Of a stretch of DNA of 35,931 nucleotides, positions 35,874-35,931 are shown one piece after another. The DNA lies in the NCBI GenBank assembly GCA_040398065.1, contig JBBAUU010000001.1, positions 1-35,931 of the forward strand. The letters are read 5' to 3'. A program made the position numbers and the translations under genes. Each line of letters opens with the position of its first letter. Position 1 is the first letter of the stretch. Below the pieces are notes generated by a model. That model worked only from the letters and a program-made list of their open reading frames with translations. It did no database searches and was not told where the DNA came from. The stretch is from Opitutales bacterium (GTDB lineage: Bacteria > Verrucomicrobiota > Verrucomicrobiia > Opitutales > UBA953).

Positions 35874-35931
35874 GCCCCCTTCGTCTAGCCCGGTCAGGAC
35901 ACCTCGTTTTCACTGAGGTAACTGGGGTTCG
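35874..35931 (+). tRNA. tRNA-Glu (anticodon UUC), truncated by the window end
   Basis: GCCCCCT-TC-GTCT-AGCCCGGTCAGGAC-A-CCTCG-TTTTCAC-TGAGG-TAAC-TGGGG-TTCG... closely parallels the canonical bacterial tRNA-Glu. The T arm and 3' acceptor are cut off. Confidence 0.85.

Overview
This is a densely packed chromosomal core region, about 95% coding or RNA by my own tally of the gaps, from a moderate-GC bacterium. Several traits suggest a PVC-type (Verrucomicrobiota-like) lineage, but that is only a guess. These traits are a long-form PurF, a Tat-lipoprotein DUF1343 protein, an FGE-sulfatase-domain protein, a short RodZ-like protein and mostly Shine-Dalgarno-free A/T-rich leaders. Contents: a complete F1Fo ATP synthase operon atpB-E-F-H-A-G-D-C (15344-21939); purine genes purE-purK, purN and purF; methyltransferases prmA, rsmD and rsmE; an Fpg-family glycosylase and an SRAP/YedK protein; pdxH; a pepP-orf98-pabB-pabC-like operon; lgt; a CapD-like dehydratase and a DegT-like aminotransferase; a cupin plus ROK kinase; an M50 protease, a short membrane HTH protein and an HNH nuclease; tRNA-Gly(UCC); and a window-truncated tRNA-Glu(UUC). 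I see no transposase, integrase, phage genes, CRISPR array, toxin-antitoxin pair or recognisable defence island. The window reads as ordinary housekeeping DNA and I cannot point to a clear-cut novel system. The best follow-up candidates are: (1) a translationally coupled NUDIX plus unrecognised kinase-like gene pair upstream of purF; (2) an M50 protease / tail-anchored HTH / HNH trio; (3) an orphan OmpR-type regulator lacking the phospho-acceptor pocket; (4) a 98-aa ORF wedged by overlaps into the pABA operon; (5) a bipartite TTGACC-N16-TAAGTT motif found twice, with a third near-copy; (6) an Fpg homologue with a degenerate zinc finger. All functional calls come from motif recognition by eye; no database search was run.
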